From positions 736,001 through 800,000 of the forward strand of contig OZ244160.1 in the NCBI GenBank assembly GCA_965216325.1: DNA of 64,000 nucleotides, read 5' to 3'. Each line of letters begins with the position of its first letter. Positions within the stretch are counted from its first letter, which is position 1. The position numbers and the translations under genes were made by a program. This DNA is from Coraliomargarita sp. (GTDB taxonomy: Bacteria > Verrucomicrobiota > Verrucomicrobiia > Opitutales > Coraliomargaritaceae). A model generated the notes under the pieces. That model saw only the letters and a program-made list of their open reading frames with translations. It ran no database searches and had not been told where the DNA came from. This document shows positions 14,265-25,616 of this stretch, one piece after another.

Positions 14265-16811
14265 ATGCAGCATCGAAGAGGAGGGCGTGGACGCCGTGGC
14301 TCAAGTAGTCGTAGAGGGCCAGTCGGGCCACATAAAGCAAGGTCGCCACATCCGCCCCACCGAAAATCCTCTCGGCGCAGTGCTAGTGGGCGGTCGAGTC
14401 AGTCTACGAGTTCTAAACGAGTTTCGTCGTCGTTTGCAGCACCAACTGCCTCACGAGCCTCTATGGCGACACGTGAAATTGGAGTCATTCGTGAACGCCC
14501 TGTGTTCGGGATCTCGCTTATTGGTGTGCTCTGTGTCCTGTTGCTCGTGTTGAGCGGTGGTGGGCATAATCCGCTTGCTTTTGGTGTGGCTGCGCTGGCC
14601 CCCGGGCTCTTACTCCTGATGCGTCCCCCGCAGACTGGCTTCGGTCGTGGCATACGTGTGAGTGCTTTGGCTTTCCTTGCATGTATGTGTTTGGCTTTTA
14701 TTCCACAGTTCTATTGGCCAAATGCTGACTGGAAGGGCACTGCGGTTGATACTTACGGCATCGATTTGCCGTGGATGCTGAGCATTCAGCCGCGAATCAG
14801 TTTGGAGGGCTGCATTCTGCTAGTGGCTGGCTTTGCTTGGTTTACCACGCTCGCGAACTCGCGCTTGAATGGAGCAGGACTGAAATGGACATTGTTCGCG
14901 TTCTCTTCAGTTGCCCTCGTGCTTGCTGGTGTTTCTGTCTATGGAAACCTCAACGACATGCGCTACGTCATGGCGGAGGAAGCGCAGATTTTCAGTTTCT
15001 TTCCGAACCGTAATCAGAATGCGAATTTCTTGTCGATTGCGGGCGTCGTCAGTTTTGGCTTCGCCTTGGAGGGGCTACGGCAGAAACGTTCGTTGCACAT
15101 GATCGGCTTTGTTGCCTCGGGCTTGTGCTTATTTGCGCTGATTTTGGGGCTCTCACGTGCAGGTATGTTTTTCTACTTTGTGGGAATTGCGATGATACTG
15201 ATCATTCAGTATACCAAGCTGAAGTCCGGCTTCTACCTAAAGTTTGGTATTCCCTTTGTATTACTGGCGTTTCTCGGTGCGTTGATTTCCCGCGAGCGTT
15301 CGTTTGATCGCCTAGTGAGTTTCCTGTCGACGCCCGCAGAAATGTTTAGTGATTATCGGATGCAGGTGTTTCGAGATGCTTGGGCGATGTTTCTGGAAGC
15401 GCCTGTGACCGGTGTTGGGATGGGCAATTTCGCTGCCATTTTTCCACAATACCGAGATGCATCCATTTCTTCGCAGGCGGTGATCCATCCTGAGAGCGAC
15501 CTGTTGTGGTTGCTGGCCGAAGGCGGGCTATTGGCGGTGGTTTCCTTGGTCGTAGTCTTGTTTCTTGTTGGGCGTTTATGTTTGTCCAAGCGAAGTGGTC
15601 GCGGAGTGAGTTATCGACCAGTGTTATTTGTGGCGCTACTCATGTTTGGCTTACATTCACTGGTAGATGTCTCTGCACACCGTCCAGGCACTGTTTACTT
15701 GGCCTTGTTACTCGCAGCTTTGGCCGTCCCGCGCAGTCGTTTACAGGTGAGTGCTTTGCGGCCGCTGTGGTGGCGATCTCTCGGAGCTGTGTTATCGATT
15801 GTCGGTGTTTTATGGATCGGTTCGTATGCTTTTGGGTGGAGAATCCATTCGTCAGCACTAGCCGATGTGCATGGTGAGCAGGTCGATGGTTACATTAAGG
15901 GGCAGGATTATATGCGGGCGAATGCGCTGTTGAGCAAGCAACTCAAGCAGCGTCCTTTGGATTGGAGGCTCTACTATCAACGTGCTCAGTTAGAGCTGGC
16001 TGACCTCGGGGATCGCAAGGCAGCGGCGGAAAGTTTTCGCGCGGCTCGTTTTGTGCAGCCGAACTTTGCGCTGGTATGCGTTGAAGAGGGCTTTGCTTGG
16101 TTGCCGTATGACCTGTCCCGTGCGGTGGCTGCCTGGCGAGAAAGCCTCTTTCGTGTATCGAATGATCATATGAAGGACTTCGACCGTATGGTGCGAGCGG
16201 GCCGTAAGAATCCTCTGTTGCTGGACCGCTTAGCACTGCTTTCAGAGCTGGAGCCTGAGTATCGAGTCCATTTTCTTGGGCAACTGAAAGCCTCTCAATT
16301 TGATAAAGAACTCACTAGGGAGTTGGGCAGCGATCCAGATCTTAGCAGCTACACGAAGCAACAGCGCAGCGAATTACTGAAATTGTGGATTAATCACTCC
16401 GACCTTGAGGCAGCTGAAGCATTTATAGTGAAGCATGAAACCGATTTGAGCCGGCCTTGGCAGTTGTGGGCGGAACTTCGTAAGTCTCAGGCTCGATTCA
16501 AGGAGGCCGTGGAGATTGTTCGCGAGTCGGTTACAGCACCAGTCATTCCTGAGGTTGAGTTTGAAGAGGCTGAGTTAGCGGTAATCGAGCGTGGCTTCGC
16601 AGTGGTTCCGAGTGATTTGTCGAAGGGAACCGGCCTACTGAAGTATTATTTGCGTGTTGGCGACCTCGAGAAGGCGCTACTTGTTGCCGATAAAATGGCA
16701 GAGCTGAATGATGCGCCTACTTTTGCTCTCTATTGGAAAGCAGAAGTGCTCTATCAGATGGAAGACTATATTGAGAGCTGGTATGTTTTTGATACGTATA
16801 TGGAACGTTGA
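14265..16811 (+). CDS. O-antigen ligase/Wzy_C-family membrane protein with TPR-like C-terminus (start may be ATG 14463)
   Basis: Many TM helices; FPNRNQNANF, LSRAG, PVTGVGMGNF, HPESD motifs; helical C-terminal domain. Confidence 0.85.
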   Translation: MQHRRGGRGRRGSSSRRGPVGPHKARSPHPPHRKSSRRSASGRSSQSTSSKRVSSSFAAPTASRASMATREIGVIRERPVFGISLIGVLCVLLLVLSGGGHNPLAFGVAALAPGLLLLMRPPQTGFGRGIRVSALAFLACMCLAFIPQFYWPNADWKGTAVDTYGIDLPWMLSIQPRISLEGCILLVAGFAWFTTLANSRLNGAGLKWTLFAFSSVALVLAGVSVYGNLNDMRYVMAEEAQIFSFFPNRNQNANFLSIAGVVSFGFALEGLRQKRSLHMIGFVASGLCLFALILGLSRAGMFFYFVGIAMILIIQYTKLKSGFYLKFGIPFVLLAFLGALISRERSFDRLVSFLSTPAEMFSDYRMQVFRDAWAMFLEAPVTGVGMGNFAAIFPQYRDASISSQAVIHPESDLLWLLAEGGLLAVVSLVVVLFLVGRLCLSKRSGRGVSYRPVLFVALLMFGLHSLVDVSAHRPGTVYLALLLAALAVPRSRLQVSALRPLWWRSLGAVLSIVGVLWIGSYAFGWRIHSSALADVHGEQVDGYIKGQDYMRANALLSKQLKQRPLDWRLYYQRAQLELADLGDRKAAAESFRAARFVQPNFALVCVEEGFAWLPYDLSRAVAAWRESLFRVSNDHMKDFDRMVRAGRKNPLLLDRLALLSELEPEYRVHFLGQLKASQFDKELTRELGSDPDLSSYTKQQRSELLKLWINHSDLEAAEAFIVKHETDLSRPWQLWAELRKSQARFKEAVEIVRESVTAPVIPEVEFEEAELAVIERGFAVVPSDLSKGTGLLKYYLRVGDLEKALLVADKMAELNDAPTFALYWKAEVLYQMEDYIESWYVFDTYMER

Positions 16812-16864
16812 TTTTTTGCAGATTTAAGAGATAACTCTTCTGACACGTTCACTCCCGACACCCC

Positions 16865-17434
16865 ATGAAAATCCTGATTGCTGAAGATGATATGATCTCG
16901 CGTAAGCTGCTGCGGACAACGCTTAAGCAGTTTGGCTACGATGTGATCGTCCATGATAATGGAGCGGATGCCTGGGAAGCCTTCGATGCGGACCCGGTCC
17001 GAGTGGTGGTGAGTGATTGGCTGATGCCAGGGCTGGATGGTTTGGAGTTCTGCAGGCGTGTGCGTCAGCGTCCGAATACTGAATATACCTATTTCATCTT
17101 GCTAACCGCAAATGCGCAGGGGAAGGATCAATATATGGAAGCGATGCAGGCGGGCATTGATGATTTCCTCGCGAAACCGATGGACCGTGACCAGATCTGG
17201 ATGCGTTTACGTGTCGCTGAGCGAATACTTCGCTATACTAAAGAGATCAGTGATCTCGAGAGTATGCTGCCAATTTGCTCTTACTGTAAGAAGGTGCGCG
17301 ATGATAATAATTACTGGCAGCAGGTAGAGACTTACATCACTCGTCACACGGGAACCAGCTTTAGCCACAGTGTTTGCCCGTCGTGTTATGACAGCGTCGT
17401 GAAGCCGCAGTTGGAGCAGTTGAAGCAGTCGTAA
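16865..17434 (+). CDS. Response regulator: receiver domain plus C-terminal four-Cys motif
   Basis: ILIAEDD, SDWLMPGLDG, FLAKP; tail LPICSYCKKVRDD...FSHSVCPSC. Confidence 0.9.
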   Translation: MKILIAEDDMISRKLLRTTLKQFGYDVIVHDNGADAWEAFDADPVRVVVSDWLMPGLDGLEFCRRVRQRPNTEYTYFILLTANAQGKDQYMEAMQAGIDDFLAKPMDRDQIWMRLRVAERILRYTKEISDLESMLPICSYCKKVRDDNNYWQQVETYITRHTGTSFSHSVCPSCYDSVVKPQLEQLKQS

Positions 17435-17507
17435 TTTTGTTGCGCTAGCTGTGAATCTCTCGCGGTTTAAGTTGAATCCGTGAGCAAAAGGATTCTATCT
17501 AGACCGT

Positions 17508-18296
17508 ATGTCGATTCATCCTACTGCGATTATCTCTGAAGGCGCCGTTTTAGGCGAAGGTTGTGAAGTTGGTCCATACTCTATTATTGAGGATGGCGTT
17601 GTGTTGGGGCGTAGCTGCCGCCTTGCTGCGAATGTGATTATCCGTGAAGGCACGAAGATCGGTGATGCGGTAACGGTAGATTCCTTTGCGGTTATTGGAG
17701 GAGATCCCCAATCGATCGGCTTTGATACCACGATTGAAAGTGGTGTTGTGATCGGTAACGACGTTGTTATCCGCGAGGGCGTTACCATTAATCGCCCAAT
17801 CAACGAGGGCGCGAACACCATTATTGGTGATAGTTGTTTCCTCATGGCGCAATCGCATGTCGCGCACGATTGTCAGCTCGGAGAGTCAGTGGTGCTGGCA
17901 AACAATGTCATGCTGGCGGGGCACATTACAATTGGTGAGAAGACCTTTGTGGGCGGTGGTGCTGGTATTCACCAGTTCTGCCGTATTGGCCCATACTGTA
18001 TGATTGCGGGTAATGCATCGATCACTGCGGACGTGCCTCCCTATGTCATGGCTGCAGAGCGCAGTGAGGCGCATGGTTTGAACCTTGTGGGGCTCCGTCG
18101 CAATGGCTTTGAGCGTAATGAAATTGCGGATCTGAAGCGCTGCTATCGTGCCGTGCTGTTTGGCGGCGGTAATACGAAGAAGAAGGCGTCTGAAGCCGCG
18201 CGTGAGCATGAGTTTGGCACCACGGCTCCGGGGGCCCGCTTCTTGAGCTTTTTCGAGCACGGCAACCGTGGCTTCATTCAATCGACGAATGAGTAA
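17508..18296 (+). CDS. lpxA: UDP-N-acetylglucosamine O-acyltransferase
   Basis: IHPTAII, hexapeptide repeats, SHVAHDC, LAGH, IHQFCRIG, GLNLVGLRR. Confidence 0.95.
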   Translation: MSIHPTAIISEGAVLGEGCEVGPYSIIEDGVVLGRSCRLAANVIIREGTKIGDAVTVDSFAVIGGDPQSIGFDTTIESGVVIGNDVVIREGVTINRPINEGANTIIGDSCFLMAQSHVAHDCQLGESVVLANNVMLAGHITIGEKTFVGGGAGIHQFCRIGPYCMIAGNASITADVPPYVMAAERSEAHGLNLVGLRRNGFERNEIADLKRCYRAVLFGGGNTKKKASEAAREHEFGTTAPGARFLSFFEHGNRGFIQSTNE

Positions 18297-19227
18297 AGAA
18301 CCGGAGCGGCTTCCTTTGGCGATTACATCGGGTGATCCGGCTGGGGTCGGTCCAGAAGTCATTCAAGCGACGCTGAAGGCTGATAGGCAGTCCGGCCGGG
18401 ACTGCTGTATCATTGGTCCCAAGTCTTGGGCTGAGCCACTGGCTGTGGAACTTGGAATCGAGTATCATGCGGTCGGGGCCGAAGATCTTATTCCTCAAGC
18501 GGGTGTTCCGAGTAAGGATGGTGCAGCAGCTGCCCTCGAAGCTTTACAGTTTGCAGCTCGGGGCTGTGCCGCGGGGCGTTTTCGTGGGGTTGTCTCCGGG
18601 CCGGTCAGTAAGCATTGGCTGCAGCAGGTTGGGTTTACGCATCCGGGACAAACCGAGTTTTTTGCCGAGGCCTGGGGAGGCGAGCCGACTATGGGCTTTG
18701 TGGGCAACGAGTTACGGGTTGTCTTGGCGACTTGGCACATTCCTCTCTCGGAGGTGTCGAGTGCCCTGACCGCGGAGGCTTTGGAGCTCGCGGTGCGACG
18801 TGCGAACGACTTAGGGCAGCAACTCGGCGTCGAGCAGCCACGCATTGGTGTCTGCGGTTTGAATCCACACGCAGGGGAGGGCGGTATTCTTGGTACCGAG
18901 GAACGCGATGTCTTGGACCCTGCTTTGGAACGCTTGCGAAGTGAAATGCCCAACCTCTCGGCCTGCTTGCCGGGCGATACGGTTTTCAACCGCCAGCGAA
19001 AGGGCGATTTCGATGTAGTGGTGGCGGCCTATCACGATCAGGGGCTGGCTGCAGTTAAAACACTGGAGTTTGATGCGGCAGTCAATGTGACCCTAGGGCT
19101 GCCCTATGTTCGGACTAGTCCGGACCATGGAACCGCCTTCGATATTGCGGGTCAGGGGATTGCGAGCCCCGGTAGTTTTGCTGCTGCGCTAAGGGTTGCC
19201 CGTGAGTTGACGCTTGACCGCGATTGA
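18289..19227 (+). CDS. pdxA: 4-hydroxythreonine-4-phosphate dehydrogenase
   Basis: TSGDPAGVGPE, GLNPHAGE, YHDQG, VRTSPDHGTAFDIAG. Confidence 0.93.
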   Translation: MSKEPERLPLAITSGDPAGVGPEVIQATLKADRQSGRDCCIIGPKSWAEPLAVELGIEYHAVGAEDLIPQAGVPSKDGAAAALEALQFAARGCAAGRFRGVVSGPVSKHWLQQVGFTHPGQTEFFAEAWGGEPTMGFVGNELRVVLATWHIPLSEVSSALTAEALELAVRRANDLGQQLGVEQPRIGVCGLNPHAGEGGILGTEERDVLDPALERLRSEMPNLSACLPGDTVFNRQRKGDFDVVVAAYHDQGLAAVKTLEFDAAVNVTLGLPYVRTSPDHGTAFDIAGQGIASPGSFAAALRVARELTLDRD

Positions 19228-19256
19228 TTTCTAGCACCTGTAAGGGCTGATTAACT

Positions 19257-19634
19257 ATGGCTGTGGATACTTCCAATACATTGCCCGAGGGGGTGCGCGA
19301 AGGGAACGAGAAACTCATTCTGCTGACTGAGCCTGCGGGTGTGAAGCTGAATGCCTTGATCGCGCGCGAACAGAAAGGTGACTACTTGCGTGTGAAGATC
19401 ACCGGTGGTGGTTGTAACGGGCTCAGTTATAAGATGAAGTTCGTTAAAGAGCCGAAGCGTGGTGATATTTTGGTTCGCTCAGCAGGTGCGATGGCACTGA
19501 TTGATTCCAAGAGTGCGCTCTATATTAAGGGCACTACGCTCGACTACTCCGACAAGATGGTCGGTGGTGGCTTCAAGTTTTCCAATCCAAATGCCAAAGC
19601 GAGTTGTAGCTGCGGCGAAAGTTTCAGCATTTAG
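19257..19634 (+). CDS. A-type Fe-S carrier (HesB/IscA/ErpA family)
   Basis: GGGCNGLSY...NPNAKASCSCGESF. Confidence 0.93.
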   Translation: MAVDTSNTLPEGVREGNEKLILLTEPAGVKLNALIAREQKGDYLRVKITGGGCNGLSYKMKFVKEPKRGDILVRSAGAMALIDSKSALYIKGTTLDYSDKMVGGGFKFSNPNAKASCSCGESFSI

Positions 19635-19639
19635 TGGGT

Positions 19640-21121
19640 ATGATCCTGCGGCTGCGATTTCTGTTCATGATTGTGGCCGTTTTTTTCGGCAATTTACTCA
19701 CTGCCTCTGAGTTTACGGTGGTCGCATACAATGTGGAGAATCTCTTCGATGTCGATGGAGTTGCGCTCTACGAGGACTATGAGCAGGTGGAGCCTGCAAC
19801 TCTGGAGAGCTATACTCGGCGCAAATTTCTAACTAAGCTCCAGCATGTCGTGCTCACGTTACAGGCCTTTAATGTGCCCGGCGGACCCGAGGTGATTCTG
19901 TTTCAGGAGCTGGAGGCCGACTTTACTCCGAAGAGTGGTCTGAAAGACTTACGTGGTTTCTTGCGCGAGTATTCCACAAGCTCGGTCGAATCGATGCTGA
20001 CGCATGGATGGCGTGCTCCGTATGCCGGCATTCCCTCGCATGCTTGGTTGTTGAAAGCCATGGCCGATCAAGGACTGACAGGCTATAATGTTGTGGTGGC
20101 TCCGGCGAAGGATTCCGAAATGCGGATCGCGCATACTTGTGCGGTCTTTTCGAAATTCCCTATAAATGAGGTGAACGTGCACCCACTTCAGCAAGCCCGC
20201 GACATCCTTGAGGTCGAGCTGGAAATTGCAGGGGCTTCCTTGTGGGTCTATTCGAATCATTGGAAGTCGGGTGCTTCGAATCCTGATCGAGAGCCGATTC
20301 GTGTCCAAAATGCGTGCGTCCTACGTGAGCTTCTAGATGCCCGACTCGCTGAGGATCCATATGCAGACATTATCATTGGGGGCGATTTGAATTCTCATTA
20401 CAACCATAGTCGATTGTTTCCCGCTGTGCAAACTGGGGTCAATGACGTGCTGGGTTCACAAGGAGATGAGCGCGCCATTCGTGCTAATGACGGGCCCGAT
20501 CTTTATAATCTTTGGTTCGAGTTACTGCCTGACGAGCGCTACTCCGAGGTCTGGAAGGGGCGTCGAGGAACGCTGATGCATTTGCTGATTACGCGTGGGC
20601 TCTATGATGGGGCTGGTATCAGCTATCTGGATGGCAGTTTCAATAAACTCGGTGTGGCTGGGGTGAACGCCGATGCTTTGGGCCGACCACTGAAGTGGAA
20701 CTTTTTCGGTGAAACTGGCGGCGGCTTCTCTGACCATTTTCCGCTTTATGCACGTTTCAGCACACTGCCGTTCAAGCCTCGTGATGCACCCAGTGTGGGA
20801 ACGGATGCACTGAGCGAAGAGCTGCCGCTGGACTATCGGAGTGGTGTGCAGGCATCGCTAGAGAACGGGGACTTCCTTAATGTGTTAGCAGATGCCGAGC
20901 TTGGAGCTCATGTTGGCAAAGTTTTCCAAGTTGAGGCCGAGATTGCGCAACGAAAGCCTCTGAGTGTCACGGTCGATGGAGTCGAGTGGTCGGTCTTCAT
21001 TCCAGATCGAGATTTGTTTAACCGTGTCATTCGCACCCGAGAGGGACAAATACTCGATTTGGTCGTAACTCTTCAGGTTTACAGGGGGAAGCGTCAATTC
21101 GTGGTCGAGGGAATACGCTAA
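19640..21121 (+). CDS. Secreted endonuclease/exonuclease/phosphatase-family protein
   Basis: Signal peptide; YNVENLFD, FQE, NHWKS, GGDLN, SDHFP. Confidence 0.88.
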   Translation: MILRLRFLFMIVAVFFGNLLTASEFTVVAYNVENLFDVDGVALYEDYEQVEPATLESYTRRKFLTKLQHVVLTLQAFNVPGGPEVILFQELEADFTPKSGLKDLRGFLREYSTSSVESMLTHGWRAPYAGIPSHAWLLKAMADQGLTGYNVVVAPAKDSEMRIAHTCAVFSKFPINEVNVHPLQQARDILEVELEIAGASLWVYSNHWKSGASNPDREPIRVQNACVLRELLDARLAEDPYADIIIGGDLNSHYNHSRLFPAVQTGVNDVLGSQGDERAIRANDGPDLYNLWFELLPDERYSEVWKGRRGTLMHLLITRGLYDGAGISYLDGSFNKLGVAGVNADALGRPLKWNFFGETGGGFSDHFPLYARFSTLPFKPRDAPSVGTDALSEELPLDYRSGVQASLENGDFLNVLADAELGAHVGKVFQVEAEIAQRKPLSVTVDGVEWSVFIPDRDLFNRVIRTREGQILDLVVTLQVYRGKRQFVVEGIR

Positions 21122-21190
21122 GGTCGAAGCAAGTTCAGCAACAGCGCACTTGCACCGTCGGTCGATTTTCCCCAACTTGCTCCGTTTCCT

Positions 21191-22726
<1,536 letters not shown>

Positions 22727-22834
22727 GGTGCCTGCTTCGTATTGGCTGAGTTTAGTTACCTATTGCAGGTAAAAAGTGTTCGAAAGCGGAACCCGCTATC
22801 GACTATTTAGCCTTTTTGATCATTCGTATCCTCT

Positions 22835-23512
22835 ATGGACGACGGGCAGGTTCGCTATGTGATTCAGCTGGATGAGCGAGAGATCATCTTTGACGTAGAT
22901 CCTGTGCCGCAGGACCTTTCGGATGGTGCTGACTACCCGGACTGGGCGCTGTTAAGGCATAAGCAGTGTGCGTGCTGTCCCTTGAAAGAGACAGACTGTA
23001 AATTCTGTCCAGTCGCGACTCGTATCCATCCATTGATTGAGAAGTTTTCGGCACACAAGTCGACTGAGCGTGCACATGTTCGGGTGGAAACGGCATCACG
23101 AAGCTATGTTGCCGAGGTTGATCTACAGAGTGCCATCAGTTCGCTAATGGGGCTGCTGATGGCGACCAGCGGATGTCCGGTGTTGAACAAACTGGGTGCC
23201 ATGGCCAGTTTACATGTGCCCTTTTGTTCGACGAAGGAGACGCTGCATCGATCTGTGGGGTCGTATCTAACTCAGCAATATTTTATCCAGCAAAAAGGTG
23301 GAGTCCCTGATTGGGAGTTGAAGGGCCTGAAGGCGCTTTACGAAGAGCTCGGAGGCCTGAATCAGGACTTCTCAAGACGAATCCAAGACTCGATCCAAAG
23401 TGATGCGATGTCGAATGCCGTCATTATTTTCTTTGCGACCTCGGTCCTGGTCTCGACCTCTCTCGAAGAGCAACTCGCTCAATACGAGGGGTATCTTACA
23501 AATACGAAATAG
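22835..23512 (+). CDS. Conserved Cys-rich hypothetical protein (DUF6901-like)
   Basis: PDWALL..QCACCPL....CP.A and SLMGLLMATSGCP patterns. Confidence 0.65.
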   Translation: MDDGQVRYVIQLDEREIIFDVDPVPQDLSDGADYPDWALLRHKQCACCPLKETDCKFCPVATRIHPLIEKFSAHKSTERAHVRVETASRSYVAEVDLQSAISSLMGLLMATSGCPVLNKLGAMASLHVPFCSTKETLHRSVGSYLTQQYFIQQKGGVPDWELKGLKALYEELGGLNQDFSRRIQDSIQSDAMSNAVIIFFATSVLVSTSLEEQLAQYEGYLTNTK

Positions 23513-24772
23513 CTAGGCTTGTAGAGCGAGTCCCGCCTTTTCAAGGTCGGCACCACTTGGAGCCTGGTAGGCGCTTAGTCCCATTTCCGGTAGGATTGCA
23601 ATCAGGTGGTCAAAAATGTCGCCCTGAATGTCTTCGTAGTTTGCCCAGGCAATGTCGTTGGTAAAGCAATAGAGCTCAATCGGTAGGCCTTTATCAGTTG
23701 GGGGTAGTTGGCGAACGAGCAACGTCATTCCGCTTTGATGAATCTTCGGATGGTTGCGCAGGTAGGCGACACAGTAGGCGCGGAAGGTGCCGATGTTAGT
23801 CAGACGGCGTCCGTTGATGAGCTCAGCGAGATCGTTGCTCACGTCTGTATTGTGCTGCTGGATCTCGGCGAGCTTTGCTTCGAGGTAGGGGCGTAGGATC
23901 TTAATTTGCTTGAAGCGTTCGAGTAAGGCTTCGTCGGCAAACTGTACACTGCGCAGGTCGATATTCAGGGCACGCTTAATTCGCCGACCACCAGACTCGC
24001 TCATGCCGCGCCAATTCTTAAAGGAGTCAGAGATTAGGGTGTAGGTCGGAATCGTGGTGATTGTCTTGTCCCAGTTTTGAACCTTCACTGTGGTTAGCGA
24101 TACATCAATCACATCACCATCGGCACCGCGGCCTGGCATTTCGATCCAGTCGCCCACCATCACCATATTGTTTAAGGACAACTGGAAGCCAGCCACCAGA
24201 CCGAGAATCGCGTCTTTAAAGATCAGAAGTAGAATCGCGGTGACCGCACCCAAGCCAGAAAAGAAGACCAAGGGTGATTTATCCAAAATCACTGAGAGAA
24301 TGAAGATGAGGCCGATCAGGTTGATGACTAGCTTTGCAGCCTGTGTTGCGCTCTTTGCCGGGTATTTCTTACCAATTGGGCCGCGTTGCCAGACATCGCG
24401 GAGGAAATTCAGTGCTGCGTCCAAGACGAACAACACAATGATGATGATGTAGGTGTTGAGGACGACATTGATCAATTTGAGCAGATTCGGGTGCTCTGCA
24501 AATAGGCCGGGGGCGACGAAGTGGATGACTGCGGCTGGAACGATATGTGAGAAACGAATAAAGACGTTGTCACGGATCAATAGGTCGTCCCATTCAAACT
24601 TTGTTTTGCGGATCAGCGGATGAATTGCTGCTTCGATGAACTTTTTCGCCATATAGTTGGCGATCAGTGCGATTGCAACTAGACCGAAAAATACGATGCC
24701 GAGCGAGACGAGTGATGAAGCGCGTTCACTTAGGGCATAGTTTTGGAGCCAAAGGGATAGATTCTGAACCAT
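23513..24772 (-). CDS. Small/mini-conductance mechanosensitive channel (MscS/YbdG type)
   Basis: FKDAILGLVAG, GDWIEMP, VQNWDKTITTIP, GGRRIKR. Confidence 0.93.
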   Translation of the reverse strand: MVQNLSLWLQNYALSERASSLVSLGIVFFGLVAIALIANYMAKKFIEAAIHPLIRKTKFEWDDLLIRDNVFIRFSHIVPAAVIHFVAPGLFAEHPNLLKLINVVLNTYIIIIVLFVLDAALNFLRDVWQRGPIGKKYPAKSATQAAKLVINLIGLIFILSVILDKSPLVFFSGLGAVTAILLLIFKDAILGLVAGFQLSLNNMVMVGDWIEMPGRGADGDVIDVSLTTVKVQNWDKTITTIPTYTLISDSFKNWRGMSESGGRRIKRALNIDLRSVQFADEALLERFKQIKILRPYLEAKLAEIQQHNTDVSNDLAELINGRRLTNIGTFRAYCVAYLRNHPKIHQSGMTLLVRQLPPTDKGLPIELYCFTNDIAWANYEDIQGDIFDHLIAILPEMGLSAYQAPSGADLEKAGLALQA

Positions 24773-24881
24773 TACAGCTTCTGGTTATGTTTGGCTTTGG
24801 TGGGATGACAACTCCTATGAGTGATAAATCTAGGCGAGAATATCTTGCTGCGCGCCCAATCGAAGTGCAGCTTTATCCCTA

Positions 24882-25613
24882 ATGCGCATATTAGCTACAA
24901 CTGTCATCTGCATACTCGCACTCGGACTGGGAACTCTCTGTGCGGAAGAGAATGCTGGCAAGCTCCACCGAGTGTTGGATGGTTATCGGAAGGCGTATGG
25001 AGGCTTCCGTGCGTCGGAAATTTTAAAGTCGGTCACACTGCGCGGTGAGCAGTTGCAGGGCGATCAGAATTATGAATTCCTCTTGCGTAAAAAACGGCCG
25101 AACTCGATCCGTTACAGCCTAAGCAACCGCTCGAATTCCGTTGTTTGTGGCTATGATGGTGAAGTTGGCTGGCAGCGAGTGGATACCGGGGGAGTGGTTA
25201 CCATTTCTGACTTGGAGGGAATTGCCTTGGAATCCTTGATTCGAGAGGCAGAGTTCGACGCGCCATTATTGCGCTATTTCTCGAGATCTGGAATTCGTAT
25301 CCGCTTGTTGGATACTGCGGTCTTGGAGGGGCGTCCCACGTATCAGCTGGAAGTTGTCGAGCGTGGGGCTCCAACTGCGCACTACTATCTGAGCATGGAT
25401 GCCTATCAGATTGTGAAGAAGGATCTACTGAATGAGGAGGGCGAGGTTGTGCTTGAAACGAACTACCGCAATTATCGTGAAGTCGATGGCATTCCATTTC
25501 CTTTTGAAATCGAGACAAAACGTAATGGTAAACGCATCTCGTTGACGAAAGTTGAACAAGTTGAGGTGAATCCTGGCCAATTCAGCTTCTATTTTCGCAA
25601 GCCGACTTATTAG
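24882..25613 (+). CDS. Secreted LolA-like/outer-membrane-sorting fold protein
   Basis: Signal peptide; GYDGEVGW, YRNYREVDGIPFPF, VEVNP...FRKP. Confidence 0.65.
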   Translation: MRILATTVICILALGLGTLCAEENAGKLHRVLDGYRKAYGGFRASEILKSVTLRGEQLQGDQNYEFLLRKKRPNSIRYSLSNRSNSVVCGYDGEVGWQRVDTGGVVTISDLEGIALESLIREAEFDAPLLRYFSRSGIRIRLLDTAVLEGRPTYQLEVVERGAPTAHYYLSMDAYQIVKKDLLNEEGEVVLETNYRNYREVDGIPFPFEIETKRNGKRISLTKVEQVEVNPGQFSFYFRKPTY

Positions 25614-25616
25614 AGC

